Of a DNA stretch of 29,838 nt, positions 1-8,017 are shown one piece after another. The position numbers were made by a program, and so were the translations under genes. The DNA comes from Candidatus Methylomirabilis sp. (GTDB lineage Bacteria; Methylomirabilota; Methylomirabilia; Methylomirabilales; Methylomirabilaceae). How positions within the stretch are numbered: the first letter of the stretch is position 1; each line of letters begins with the position of its first letter. A model generated the notes under the pieces. That model made no database searches, was not told the DNA's origin, and saw only the letters and a program-made list of their open reading frames with translations. Where the stretch lies: assembly GCA_041498975.1 (NCBI GenBank), contig JBGQJI010000013.1, positions 1 to 29,838 of the forward strand, in the 5' to 3' direction.

Positions 1-1
1 C

Positions 2-811
2 CCAGGCGATCACCCGCGCAACTTCGAGAGGATCTCCGCGCGGGCGGCCGGCTCCATGCGAGCTCGACCCAGCACGCGCGACGCCGATTCGCGGATGGAT
101 CCGGCTCCGTTCGATCCGGCGACACCGGCGACCTGGCCGAGCGCGGCGGCGTCGAGCGCGGCCGGGACCCGAGCGAGGATCGAGGCCAATCATACGCCCA
201 GAGCAGACTGAGTCGCTGTGAACCATCTGTTGTACACCGATGGCAAGCACGGAGCTGACCGGGTCGATCCTTCTGGCCAGAGAGTCAACGACGGCCTTCG
301 TGGTGAAGAGTGAGGAGAAGCAACGACGGCAGGCATCAAGGACGGCGTATTCCCCCTTGACATTGAGGAGGCTGTCATGAAGGCCGAAAGGCGTTTCGTG
401 GACCGGCTCCCCCACAGCGCTGGACCGGACAGCCACCGGCTTCGCGCCGGACCCCAAGCGCGAACACAGTTTCCAGTAGGCCTTTGTGATCTCCCCCTCC
501 AGGTTGGACGGGAGCCTCGCCCGGAGGAAGAGGTCGCGAGCCTCCTTTGCTTTCAGGGCCAGGCCTTCGGGGTCCCGCAGGTCCAGGCCGGTCAGGAGGC
601 GCCTGAGCTCCGGCAGCAGCCCTCCCTCCCTGACCAAGTAACGGTATGCCTGCGTAGTGACCGCGAAGCCTGCTGGGACGCGCACCCCATGGCGGCCGAG
701 GTGGCGACTCACCTCGCCCAGGAGAGCGTTCTTACTCCCCACAAGAGGAGGGTCGTCCGCCCCGATCTCCTCAAACCATAGGATGAATCGCCGGTCTCGG
801 CTGGAAGTCAT
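2..811 (-). CDS. Divergent phosphoenolpyruvate synthase-like protein, N-terminal PEP/pyruvate-binding (PPDK_N) domain; partial, similarity stops near 167
   Basis: Not in the ORF track because it has no stop before the window edge. My translation from ATG 811 reads [34 protein letters not shown]...[16 protein letters not shown]...[10 protein letters not shown]...[23 protein letters not shown]...[27 protein letters not shown], colinear with PpsA motifs. After DPRSG the frame becomes Arg-rich and non-homologous. Confidence 0.8.
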   Translation of the reverse strand, partial: [270 protein letters not shown]

Positions 812-835
812 CACCGCTGAATCCGCAAAGCGCGC

Positions 836-941
836 CGACATCTCCGCAGCTTGCTGGGGAGTCAGGGCGCGCGACTACAAAAAGACTAGCCTCCACTCGG
901 ATCGAAGAATCCCCCCAGCTCGCTGGGGGGGGTTCTTCAAA
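836..941. mobile_element. Candidate non-autonomous IS200/IS605-like palindromic mini element (two related hairpins)
   Basis: Hairpin 1 at 842-861 is ctccgcagc-tt-gctggggag. Hairpin 2 at 904-938 is gaagaatccccccagc-tc-gctggggggggttcttc, and the element ends ...TTCAA at 940. Both share the core cagctYgctgggg in the same orientation. Confidence 0.4.
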
Positions 942-947
942 TGGAAC

Positions 948-976
948 GGCCTATCCCCAACAAGAAAGGATAGGCC
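948..976 (-). terminator. Hairpin downstream of glyS, possible intrinsic terminator
   Basis: Perfect 9-bp inverted repeat ggcctatcc (948-956) / ggataggcc (968-976). On the minus strand it is followed by a weak U-tract (guuccauuug). Confidence 0.35.
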
Positions 977-1131
977 CGATGCCCCGCACTACCGACCTGA
1001 TGCCCCCGTCCGACTCGCTGGAATACCCGCCCCCCGCGCGCGTCGACGCCCTCGGCAGGCCTGTAGTCATACCGTTCCGCCCTGCACTGCGAACCTCTCC
1101 AGTCGTTCCGTGTCGCTCCTCGCTGAATCGC

Positions 1132-3204
1132 TCAGGGAGTGACCGCGACCTTGCTGAAATCTGAGATTCCGGAAAACAGATCCGCAACCTCCTTCAGGAT
1201 GGCCAAACGGTTCTCCTGGAGGTCGCGGTCGTCCGCCATGACCAGAACCTCCTCGAAAAACATGTCGACGATAGGTCGGATCGCAGCGATCCGCTGGAGC
1301 GCCCGGAAGTAGTCCCCGGCCCGGACCAGGTGCTCCGTTTCCGCCCGGAGGGTTACCGCCTCCCCGTGGAGGGCCCGCTCGGCGCTCGTCACGAATCGTG
1401 TGGGATCGACCGGCTTCGAGAAACCCTCGGGAAGGATATTGACCACCCGCTTGAACGCGACCGTGAGCTCTCCGAAGTCGGGCTCCTGTCGGAAGGCGCC
1501 TAAGGCCTCGGCACGCTTCCCGGCCTCTGGCACCCGCTCGACATCGACGGACAGGACGGCGTCCACGAGGTCGCCAGGAATCCCCCGTTCCGACAGGATC
1601 GCGTGAAGCCTGGCCGCCAGGAAGTCCATGACCTCCTGCGTCGAACGGTCCTTGGGGCGGGTCAGGCGATTCCCGAACAGCTCGAGACTCCTGGCGACCG
1701 GTAGGGACAACGGCAGGTCAATTCCTGTGCTCAGGAGAATCTGCACCGTTCCCTGGCCGAGTCGCCGCAAGGCGTAGGGATCCTCTGAGCCGGTCGGCAT
1801 CAGGCCGATCCCAAAGCAGCCACAGATACTGTCGATCCGGTCAGCCAGGCCAACGATGGCCCCGACGAGCGATTCGGGGAGCCTGTCGCCGGCAAAGCGA
1901 GGCAGGTAGTGCTCCTCGATCGCCTGCGCCACTACCGGTGACTCGCCCGAGAGCCGAGCATACTCACGGCCCATGACCCCCTGCAGGTTGGGGAACTCCT
2001 TGACCATTGTGGTCACAAGGTCGGCCTTGCACAACTGCGCCGCCCGACGGGCATCTTGGACAAGTTGCGGGGCAACCTTCTCGGCCATGTAGACGACCAG
2101 TGCCTGGAGCCGTTCCACCTTCTCGAACATCGTTCCAAGCCGGTCCTGGAAGATAATCCCTTTCAGCTTGGGAACTCGCTCAGCAAGCGGGGCTTTCCGA
2201 TCCTCTCTGAAGAAGAAATCGGCGTCCTTGAGACGCGCCCTCAGGACCCGCTCGTTCCCCACACGAATGACGTCCATCTCTTTCGCCTTCATATTGGAAA
2301 TCGCCACGAAGTGGGGAAGGAGCCTGCCGGCGTCATCGACCACCGGGAAGTAGCGCTGGTGCTTGCGCATGGGGGTCATGATCACGTCCCGTGGCAGCGA
2401 GAGGTATTCCGGCTCGAAGCCGCCACACACCACATTGGGGTATTCAACCAGATACGCCACCGATTCCACCAGATCGTCGTCGAGGACCGGCTTGCCGCCG
2501 ACCTTGGCAGCGGCCTCTTCGGCCAGCTTCACCACAAGATCCCGACGGCGTGTCTGGTTCACGATGACACATCGTTCTTCGAGCTTTTCGAGATAGTCCT
2601 GGAACCCACGGACCCGGATCTGGCCACGGCTCAGGAACCGGTGACCGAACGTCTTGTTCCCGCTCTTGACCCCCTCGATCTCGAAAGGAATCACACGACC
2701 ACCGTAAAGGGCCAGGAGCCACCGAATGGGCCGGACGAAACGAAAGGTCCCTTGGCTCCAGCGCATGAACTTCGGGAATGAGAGGGAAGTGATCAGACGG
2801 GGAAGAAGGCTCGGCAGCAGCTCATCCAGGTGCGCGCCTCGCTCCTCGACGACCGCGACCACGTACTCTCCACGATCAAGCGTTCTTACCTGGAGCTTCT
2901 CGACAGGGATCCCTTGCGCCCTGGCAAAGCCCAGTGCGGCCTTGGTCGGCTGCCCTTCCTGATCGTAGGCGACCGCCTTCGCCGGTCCGACCACCTCACG
3001 GACTCGATCGGACTGAGTCGGCTCCAGGCACTCGACGTACAAGGCAAGCCGGCGAGGCGTCCCAAGAGTTCCCACTCCGGAAAAGGCGATCCGTTCCTCC
3101 TGGAAGAGGCGGCATGCCTCCGACTCCAGGTCTCTCAGGGCCGCCGCCATATATCCTGAGGGAATCTCCTCTGTCCCGATCTCAAACAAGAGCTCTTTGC
3201 TCAT
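1132..3204 (-). CDS. glyS: Glycine--tRNA ligase beta subunit
   Basis: 690 aa; LLFEIGTEEIP, TPRRLA, FVRPIRWLL, LVEYP, GNERVLRARLKDA, CKADL, GSEDPYALRR and a C-terminal DALR-type domain; directly downstream of glyQ. Confidence 0.98.
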   Translation of the reverse strand: MSKELLFEIGTEEIPSGYMAAALRDLESEACRLFQEERIAFSGVGTLGTPRRLALYVECLEPTQSDRVREVVGPAKAVAYDQEGQPTKAALGFARAQGIPVEKLQVRTLDRGEYVVAVVEERGAHLDELLPSLLPRLITSLSFPKFMRWSQGTFRFVRPIRWLLALYGGRVIPFEIEGVKSGNKTFGHRFLSRGQIRVRGFQDYLEKLEERCVIVNQTRRRDLVVKLAEEAAAKVGGKPVLDDDLVESVAYLVEYPNVVCGGFEPEYLSLPRDVIMTPMRKHQRYFPVVDDAGRLLPHFVAISNMKAKEMDVIRVGNERVLRARLKDADFFFREDRKAPLAERVPKLKGIIFQDRLGTMFEKVERLQALVVYMAEKVAPQLVQDARRAAQLCKADLVTTMVKEFPNLQGVMGREYARLSGESPVVAQAIEEHYLPRFAGDRLPESLVGAIVGLADRIDSICGCFGIGLMPTGSEDPYALRRLGQGTVQILLSTGIDLPLSLPVARSLELFGNRLTRPKDRSTQEVMDFLAARLHAILSERGIPGDLVDAVLSVDVERVPEAGKRAEALGAFRQEPDFGELTVAFKRVVNILPEGFSKPVDPTRFVTSAERALHGEAVTLRAETEHLVRAGDYFRALQRIAAIRPIVDMFFEEVLVMADDRDLQENRLAILKEVADLFSGISDFSKVAVTP

Positions 3205-3228
3205 AGGATCATAGTCGTGTGCGATTCG

Positions 3229-4107
3229 TTATGCCTGCCACGCCTTCATGAGCGGAAAGCCCATCTCCTCGCGCTGCTTCAGGTACGCCTCGGCGCTTCG
3301 ACGCGCGAGATTCCGAACGCGACCGATGAAGCTTGTCCGCTCGGTGACGCCTATCGCGCCCCTCGCGTCCAGGATATTGAACGTATGAGAACACTTCAGG
3401 CAGTAATCGTACGCCGGCAGCACCAGCCCCTTTTGAATAAGGCGCAATGACTCCTTCTCATACTGGTCGAATAGTTGAAGCTGAAGCGCAACGTCGGCCT
3501 CGTCAAAGTTATGGATCGACCACTCTACTTCTCCCTTGTGATGGACGTCGCCGTAGGTGACCCCCTTCACCCAGGTCAGGTCGTAGACGCTATCCACCCC
3601 CTGCAGGAACATGGCGATCCGCTCGATCCCATAGGTCAACTCTGCGGAGATCGGCTTCAGGTCGATCCCCCCTGCCTGCTGAAAGTAGGTGAACTGTGTG
3701 ATCTCCAATCCGTCCAGCCAGACCTCCCACCCGAGACCCCATGCGCCAAGCGTCGGCGACTCCCAGTCGTCCTCCACGAAACGGATATCATGCTTGAGCG
3801 GGTTGATGCCGACACTGCGAAGGCTGTCCAGGTAGATCTCCTGGATCCTGTCGGGAGATGGCTTCATGATCACCTGATACTGGTAATAATGCTGCAAACG
3901 GTTCGGATTGTCCCCATAGCGACCATCAGTGGGGCGGCGAGACGGCTCGACGTAGGCGACATTCCAGGGCTCTGGTCCAAGGACCCGCAGGAAGGTGGCA
4001 GGGTTACTCGTCCCAGCGCCGACCTCAACATCGTAGGGTTGCTGGATCACGCAGCCCTGGTCGGCAAAAAACCTCTCCAGCGCCAGGATGAGCTCCTGAA
4101 ATGTCAT
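3229..4107 (-). CDS. glyQ: Glycine--tRNA ligase alpha subunit
   Basis: Start moved to ATG 4107 ([14 protein letters not shown]). Motifs [62 protein letters not shown]. Confidence 0.98.
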   Translation of the reverse strand: MTFQELILALERFFADQGCVIQQPYDVEVGAGTSNPATFLRVLGPEPWNVAYVEPSRRPTDGRYGDNPNRLQHYYQYQVIMKPSPDRIQEIYLDSLRSVGINPLKHDIRFVEDDWESPTLGAWGLGWEVWLDGLEITQFTYFQQAGGIDLKPISAELTYGIERIAMFLQGVDSVYDLTWVKGVTYGDVHHKGEVEWSIHNFDEADVALQLQLFDQYEKESLRLIQKGLVLPAYDYCLKCSHTFNILDARGAIGVTERTSFIGRVRNLARRSAEAYLKQREEMGFPLMKAWQA

Positions 4108-4217
4108 TCCCTGGTTTACTCGCCGTTTCACTATTTTGCCTATGCGAAAGTGAGAGAATGGAGGGGAAATAACATATTGCGCTGCAGCCCACCAAGTCGA
4201 AGAGCGAAGCGTGCTAC

Positions 4218-4246
4218 ACGCTACCAAGAGGTACTTCTTCTGTCAA
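4218..4246 (-). promoter_or_regulatory. Sigma70-type promoter for glyQS
   Basis: Minus strand TTGACA-17 nt-TAGCGT with extended -10 TG; about 105 nt upstream of the glyQ ATG. Confidence 0.65.
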
Positions 4247-4268
4247 GGAAAAACCGGCGAAAATACTG

Positions 4269-5027
4269 TCAAAAGGGCCGTTCGAAGCGGTCTATGAAGG
4301 CGATCGAGCGAAGGGTTTTGCCTAAGAAGTAGGCAATACAGACTGTGAGAACCTCCTGGAGAGCGCGATTGTGAGGCGGTGAGAGAGGAATGTTCAGCGA
4401 TTCTTGCAGTCCCCCTTGGAGGACAGAACGTAGGTATTCTAATGATTCTACAGAAATAGTTAGTCCATCTTGCACCCTTCCCCGACAATCTGGACACACC
4501 AGCCCCCCACGGGCCGGGCTAATCGCGAGTCCATCGGTCTGCGCAAGGAGAGACCGGCAGACAAGACAGCGATAGAGCTCCAAAAGATAGCCCACAATCC
4601 TCAGCAAGCGGATTTCAAACGTTCGCAAGAGCCGCGGGTCATTGTGTGACACTAGCAGGGCGAGGGCATCTCGGAGCAAGATGAAGATCTCTTCGTTCGG
4701 CTCTTCGTCCTCCACCGCCGCACCCGCCAGCTCCACGAGGTAGGCGCCACGGCTCAGCCGGTCCAGATCAGCTTTGAGCGGGGCGAACGGCTCAATGACC
4801 GAGAACTCGTTGATCTGGTGCAATGTACGGTTGGGCCACTCGAAGAAGACGAGCTCCCCGAGAGTAAACAGCTCGAGTGTCCCGCCGAATCGGCTCCGGA
4901 CCCGTCTTGCCCCTTTGGCGACCGCCCGAACCTTCCCCAATTTCCGGGTGAAGAACGGAATAATCCGATCCGCCTCGCCGAGGTTGTGCCCGCCGATCAC
5001 GATGGCTTCAGTTGATTGTAGAGGCAT
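4269..5027 (-). CDS. recO: DNA repair protein RecO
   Basis: 252 aa; GEADRII.FFT..LGKVRAVAKGARR..SRFGG.LE.F OB-fold and a C4 zinc finger (CLVC...CPDC); era-recO-glyQ synteny. Confidence 0.95.
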   Translation of the reverse strand: MPLQSTEAIVIGGHNLGEADRIIPFFTRKLGKVRAVAKGARRVRSRFGGTLELFTLGELVFFEWPNRTLHQINEFSVIEPFAPLKADLDRLSRGAYLVELAGAAVEDEEPNEEIFILLRDALALLVSHNDPRLLRTFEIRLLRIVGYLLELYRCLVCRSLLAQTDGLAISPARGGLVCPDCRGRVQDGLTISVESLEYLRSVLQGGLQESLNIPLSPPHNRALQEVLTVCIAYFLGKTLRSIAFIDRFERPF

Positions 5028-5092
5028 GTTTCGAGTTTGGAGTTTCGGGTTCCGAGTTAAAGAATCCCTCTACTCGAAACTCGGAACTAGAC
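5028..5092. repeat. Heptamer tandem array with inverted copy (core GTTTCGA)
   Basis: gtttcga gtttgga gtttcgg gttccga (5028-5055), then the inverted arm actcgaa actcgga actagac (5072-5092). Fills the whole era-recO gap. Confidence 0.8.
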
Positions 5093-6039
5093 TATGGTTG
5101 TAAATAGCCGAATCGCTTCAGCGCCTCGTGGTCCTTCTGCCAATCGCCGCGAACCTTGACCCACAGCTTCAGGTAGACCTGAGTGCCGAGCAGCCTCTCG
5201 ATCTCCGGCCTGGCCTGCTCCCCGATCTTCTTCAGCATCGCTCCCGCGCGTCCGATAATGATCCCCTTCTGCGACTCTTTCTCGACATAGATGGTCGCCT
5301 CCACGTCGGTGAGCTCGCGCCCCTCCCGCGCCTTCACCTGCTCCACCTCGACGGCCACTGCATAGGGGACCTCTTGATAGACCAGGTGAAAGACCTTCTC
5401 GCGGATCAACTCGGCGATGATAAACCGCTCGGGCTGGTCGGTGAGCTGATCGAGCGGATAGAGGGGCTGTCCTTCGGGCAGGTGCTGAATCAGCAAGGAC
5501 TCAAGGACGTCAACATTGTCCCCTTTGGTGGCAGAAATGGGGACGATTTCGACAAATGGCAGAAGCGCTTGAAAGCGGTCGATCGTGGGGAGAAGTCTTT
5601 GCTTCTCGACGAGGTCAACCTTATTGATCGTCAGGAGAATCGGAGACTTCACATCTTTCAAAGCCTCCAGGATGTGCCTGTCGTCCTCAGTGAGCGCGTC
5701 CGTCGCCTCTACCATCCAGAGGATCAGGTCCGCCTCCCCAAGCGTGTTCATGGCAGCCTTCACCATCAGACGATGCAAGTAGCCGCCTGCCTTGTCAATC
5801 CCCGGCGTATCCAGGAAGATCAATTGCGCCCCGGGCAGGCTCTTGATCCCAGCGATCCGGGTTCTGGTGGTCTGTGGCCTGGGCGAAACGATCGAGACCT
5901 TCTGGCCAAGGAGGCGGTTCATGAGGGTTGATTTTCCCACATTCGGCCGCCCCACGATCGCAATGAAGCCGGATTTGAAGAGGCTCGCCTGACCTTTCAG
6001 AGTCCTTTCGTCTGATCTGGTTTCAGAGCTCTCTTTCAT
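5092..6039 (-). CDS. era: GTPase Era
   Basis: G1 GRPNVGKST, G2 PQTTR, G3 DTPG, G4 NKVD, ISA, and KH domain with IIIGRAG. Confidence 0.97.
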   Translation of the reverse strand: MKESSETRSDERTLKGQASLFKSGFIAIVGRPNVGKSTLMNRLLGQKVSIVSPRPQTTRTRIAGIKSLPGAQLIFLDTPGIDKAGGYLHRLMVKAAMNTLGEADLILWMVEATDALTEDDRHILEALKDVKSPILLTINKVDLVEKQRLLPTIDRFQALLPFVEIVPISATKGDNVDVLESLLIQHLPEGQPLYPLDQLTDQPERFIIAELIREKVFHLVYQEVPYAVAVEVEQVKAREGRELTDVEATIYVEKESQKGIIIGRAGAMLKKIGEQARPEIERLLGTQVYLKLWVKVRGDWQKDHEALKRFGYLQP

Positions 6040-6128
6040 GATACGGCCAGTTGTCCCGGATCACCCGATATCAGAACGCTGATCATGCGATAAACCGCTT
6101 CATTCCTCCGCCTCCACTCGACGGAGCG

Positions 6129-6157
6129 ATCATAGGGAAGGTGCTCCAGCGTGTCAA
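6129..6157 (-). promoter_or_regulatory. Sigma70-type promoter for era-recO
   Basis: Minus strand TTGACA-17 nt-TATGAT, near consensus. Confidence 0.75.
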
Positions 6158-6171
6158 TCATCGACCAATGG

Positions 6172-7080
6172 CTAAAGGAGTGAAAGCCGGAGAAGTGCGG
6201 CTGGATCGATCCTAGCGCCTTGGAGGCGGATGCCGAAGTGCAGATGCGGCCCGGTGGCGCGTCCCGTCGCCCCGACTCTTCCTATTTCCTGCCCCTTCCT
6301 CACCTTCTCACCTGCGTTCACCAGGAACTCCTCGAGGTGGAAGTAGATGGTGTATAGGCCAAGGCCGTGGTCAAGCACGACCGAGTTGCCGCCGAAGAAC
6401 TGCTCTTCGGCCAAGGCCACGCGAGCGGCGTTGGAAGCACGGACGAGAGATCCAGGTGGAGCCTGGAAATCGGCGCCGGAATGCGGAGAGCGAGGCTGTT
6501 CGTTGATGATCCGTCGAAATCCAAACCCCTCGGGCCCCGCGGCCGAAGCCACGGGTGGGAGAAAGGTCCCATGCCAGTATCGCTCCGGCGTGATGGCCTT
6601 CCAGATGACGTTCAACCGGCCTGCCTCTTCGGAGACGCGCTTGGCCGTCTCCGAATCCAAATCCACCATCTGCTGAGGCAGCGTCAGGCGTTGCACGGAA
6701 AAGCGGCGCGGCCTGATTCGAATCGGCCATTCGCGCACGCGGGTCTGACCCAGCCGGTCTTTCCCCTGAAGGCGCAACAGGCGCCGACCGGCCGCCTCCA
6801 GATCGATCCCTATAACAGCCTGAACGCGGCCCGACCCGACGCGGGAAAAGATGAGCGGTTGGCCATCGAGGCTCCCTTGCAGGTCCTCAAGCCAGGCCGC
6901 AGGCCGGAGTGCCACAGCAAAGACGCCACCCTGTGGGACCGCCCGCGGCACTCGTCCCTGAATCCCGAAGGGATCAGCCGCATCGGATGGGCCGGGAGTC
7001 GTGGCCAGGAGTACGAAAAGGGCAATGATGCGGAAGGAGCCGCCAGGGCAGCCCGTTCGCAGCTGCGGGCGGACGGTCAT
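6172..7080 (-). CDS. M23 family metallopeptidase (secreted, probable peptidoglycan hydrolase)
   Basis: N-terminal hydrophobic signal-like stretch; HSGAD (HxxxD) and GATGRATGPHLHF (HxH) zinc motifs; ATGA overlap with dgkA. Confidence 0.9.
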   Translation of the reverse strand: MTVRPQLRTGCPGGSFRIIALFVLLATTPGPSDAADPFGIQGRVPRAVPQGGVFAVALRPAAWLEDLQGSLDGQPLIFSRVGSGRVQAVIGIDLEAAGRRLLRLQGKDRLGQTRVREWPIRIRPRRFSVQRLTLPQQMVDLDSETAKRVSEEAGRLNVIWKAITPERYWHGTFLPPVASAAGPEGFGFRRIINEQPRSPHSGADFQAPPGSLVRASNAARVALAEEQFFGGNSVVLDHGLGLYTIYFHLEEFLVNAGEKVRKGQEIGRVGATGRATGPHLHFGIRLQGARIDPAALLRLSLL

Positions 7081-7574
7081 CCTTGTCTGGGAGCCGGTTC
7101 GCTGGAGGGATCCCGTCTCGAGGGACGTGGCAAGAAGGCGGTCAAGATGGTCACCACGAGGACGAGGGCCGTCGCCGCCAGTAAGGCCGACTCCACAGAG
7201 AACGGACGCGCCAGCAGGACGCGCGACAGGGGCGGGGCAAGAATCACGATGCCGATCACCGCCGAGGCGAGAGCGGCAGTGAGGACCGCGCCCGCCGCGA
7301 TGTTCTTCGCCCGTCTGGCGATCGGGTCGAAGGCGGGCGACGCCAGGTCCACGGCCAGCTCCACCGCGGTATTGATGAGCTCTGCGATAACGACCAGGGC
7401 AACGGCGATGAGCAGCAGGAGAAGGTCGGCGCGCGGCAATCGAAGCAGAATCCCGGACAGCGCGACCAGCCCTGCTACCGCAATATGGATCCGCAGATGG
7501 CGTTGCGTCGCGAGCGCATCTGCGATCCCTTCCAGGGCACAGCGGAAAGGGTTCGATGACGACGCATTGTTCAT
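7077..7574 (-). CDS. dgkA: Diacylglycerol/undecaprenol kinase (DgkA family) with an extra C-terminal TM helix
   Basis: Start moved to ATG 7574 (ATGA overlap with the ybeY stop). F..A.EGI...L.TQRHLRIH, AELINTAVELAVDL, ARRAKNIAAGAVL. Confidence 0.88.
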   Translation of the reverse strand: MNNASSSNPFRCALEGIADALATQRHLRIHIAVAGLVALSGILLRLPRADLLLLLIAVALVVIAELINTAVELAVDLASPAFDPIARRAKNIAAGAVLTAALASAVIGIVILAPPLSRVLLARPFSVESALLAATALVLVVTILTAFLPRPSRRDPSSEPAPRQG

Positions 7575-8017
7575 CCCGACCTGGTGGCGATGAACGGGAA
7601 GCCGAGTTGCCCCTCGAGTTTTTTCATCTTCCGCGAATCCGACGGTGTTTGATGGTCGTAGCCGAGCAGGTGCAGCATGCCATGGATCAGGAGAGCGGCC
7701 AATTCCTCCCGGAGTGAGCGACCTGCCGCCTTGGCCTGCCGATGGGCGGTTTCGGCGGAGATCACCACATCCCCGAGCTGACCTGGCGAGAGCGACGCGA
7801 ACAGCCCCTCGCGCATCCGGAATGAGAGGACGTCGGTGCTGCTGGCGATCCCTCTGTACCGCTCGTTGAACCGGGCCATGGCCCGGTCGCCCACCAGCAG
7901 CAGCCCGCACTCCGCCCCCTCAACACCCATCTTGGCGAGCGTGCTCTCCCCGACCCTTTTTAGAAACCTGCTGTCGAGCCTGATCTTCCTTTGCCGGTTT
8001 TTGACCTGGAGCGCCAT
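7571..8017 (-). CDS. ybeY: rRNA maturation endoribonuclease YbeY
   Basis: Start moved to ATG 8017 (MALQVKNRQRK). N..YRG....TDVLSF, LGDVVIS, HGMLHLLGYDH. Confidence 0.95.
   Translation of the reverse strand: MALQVKNRQRKIRLDSRFLKRVGESTLAKMGVEGAECGLLLVGDRAMARFNERYRGIASSTDVLSFRMREGLFASLSPGQLGDVVISAETAHRQAKAAGRSLREELAALLIHGMLHLLGYDHQTPSDSRKMKKLEGQLGFPFIATRSG

Noticed and set aside
190..781. Track ORFs 190-378 (-) and 377-781 (+) as genes
   Set aside because: Both are alternative frames of the ppsA-like gene, which explains the region.
977..1131. Glycine riboswitch or other RNA downstream of glyS (GGAGAG...GCCGAGGG on the minus strand)
   Set aside because: The conserved CUCUCAGG part is absent and no convincing three-way junction could be drawn.
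4108..4217. T-box riboswitch upstream of glyQS
   Set aside because: The leader is only ~105 nt, with no UGGNACC T-box bulge, specifier stem or terminator.
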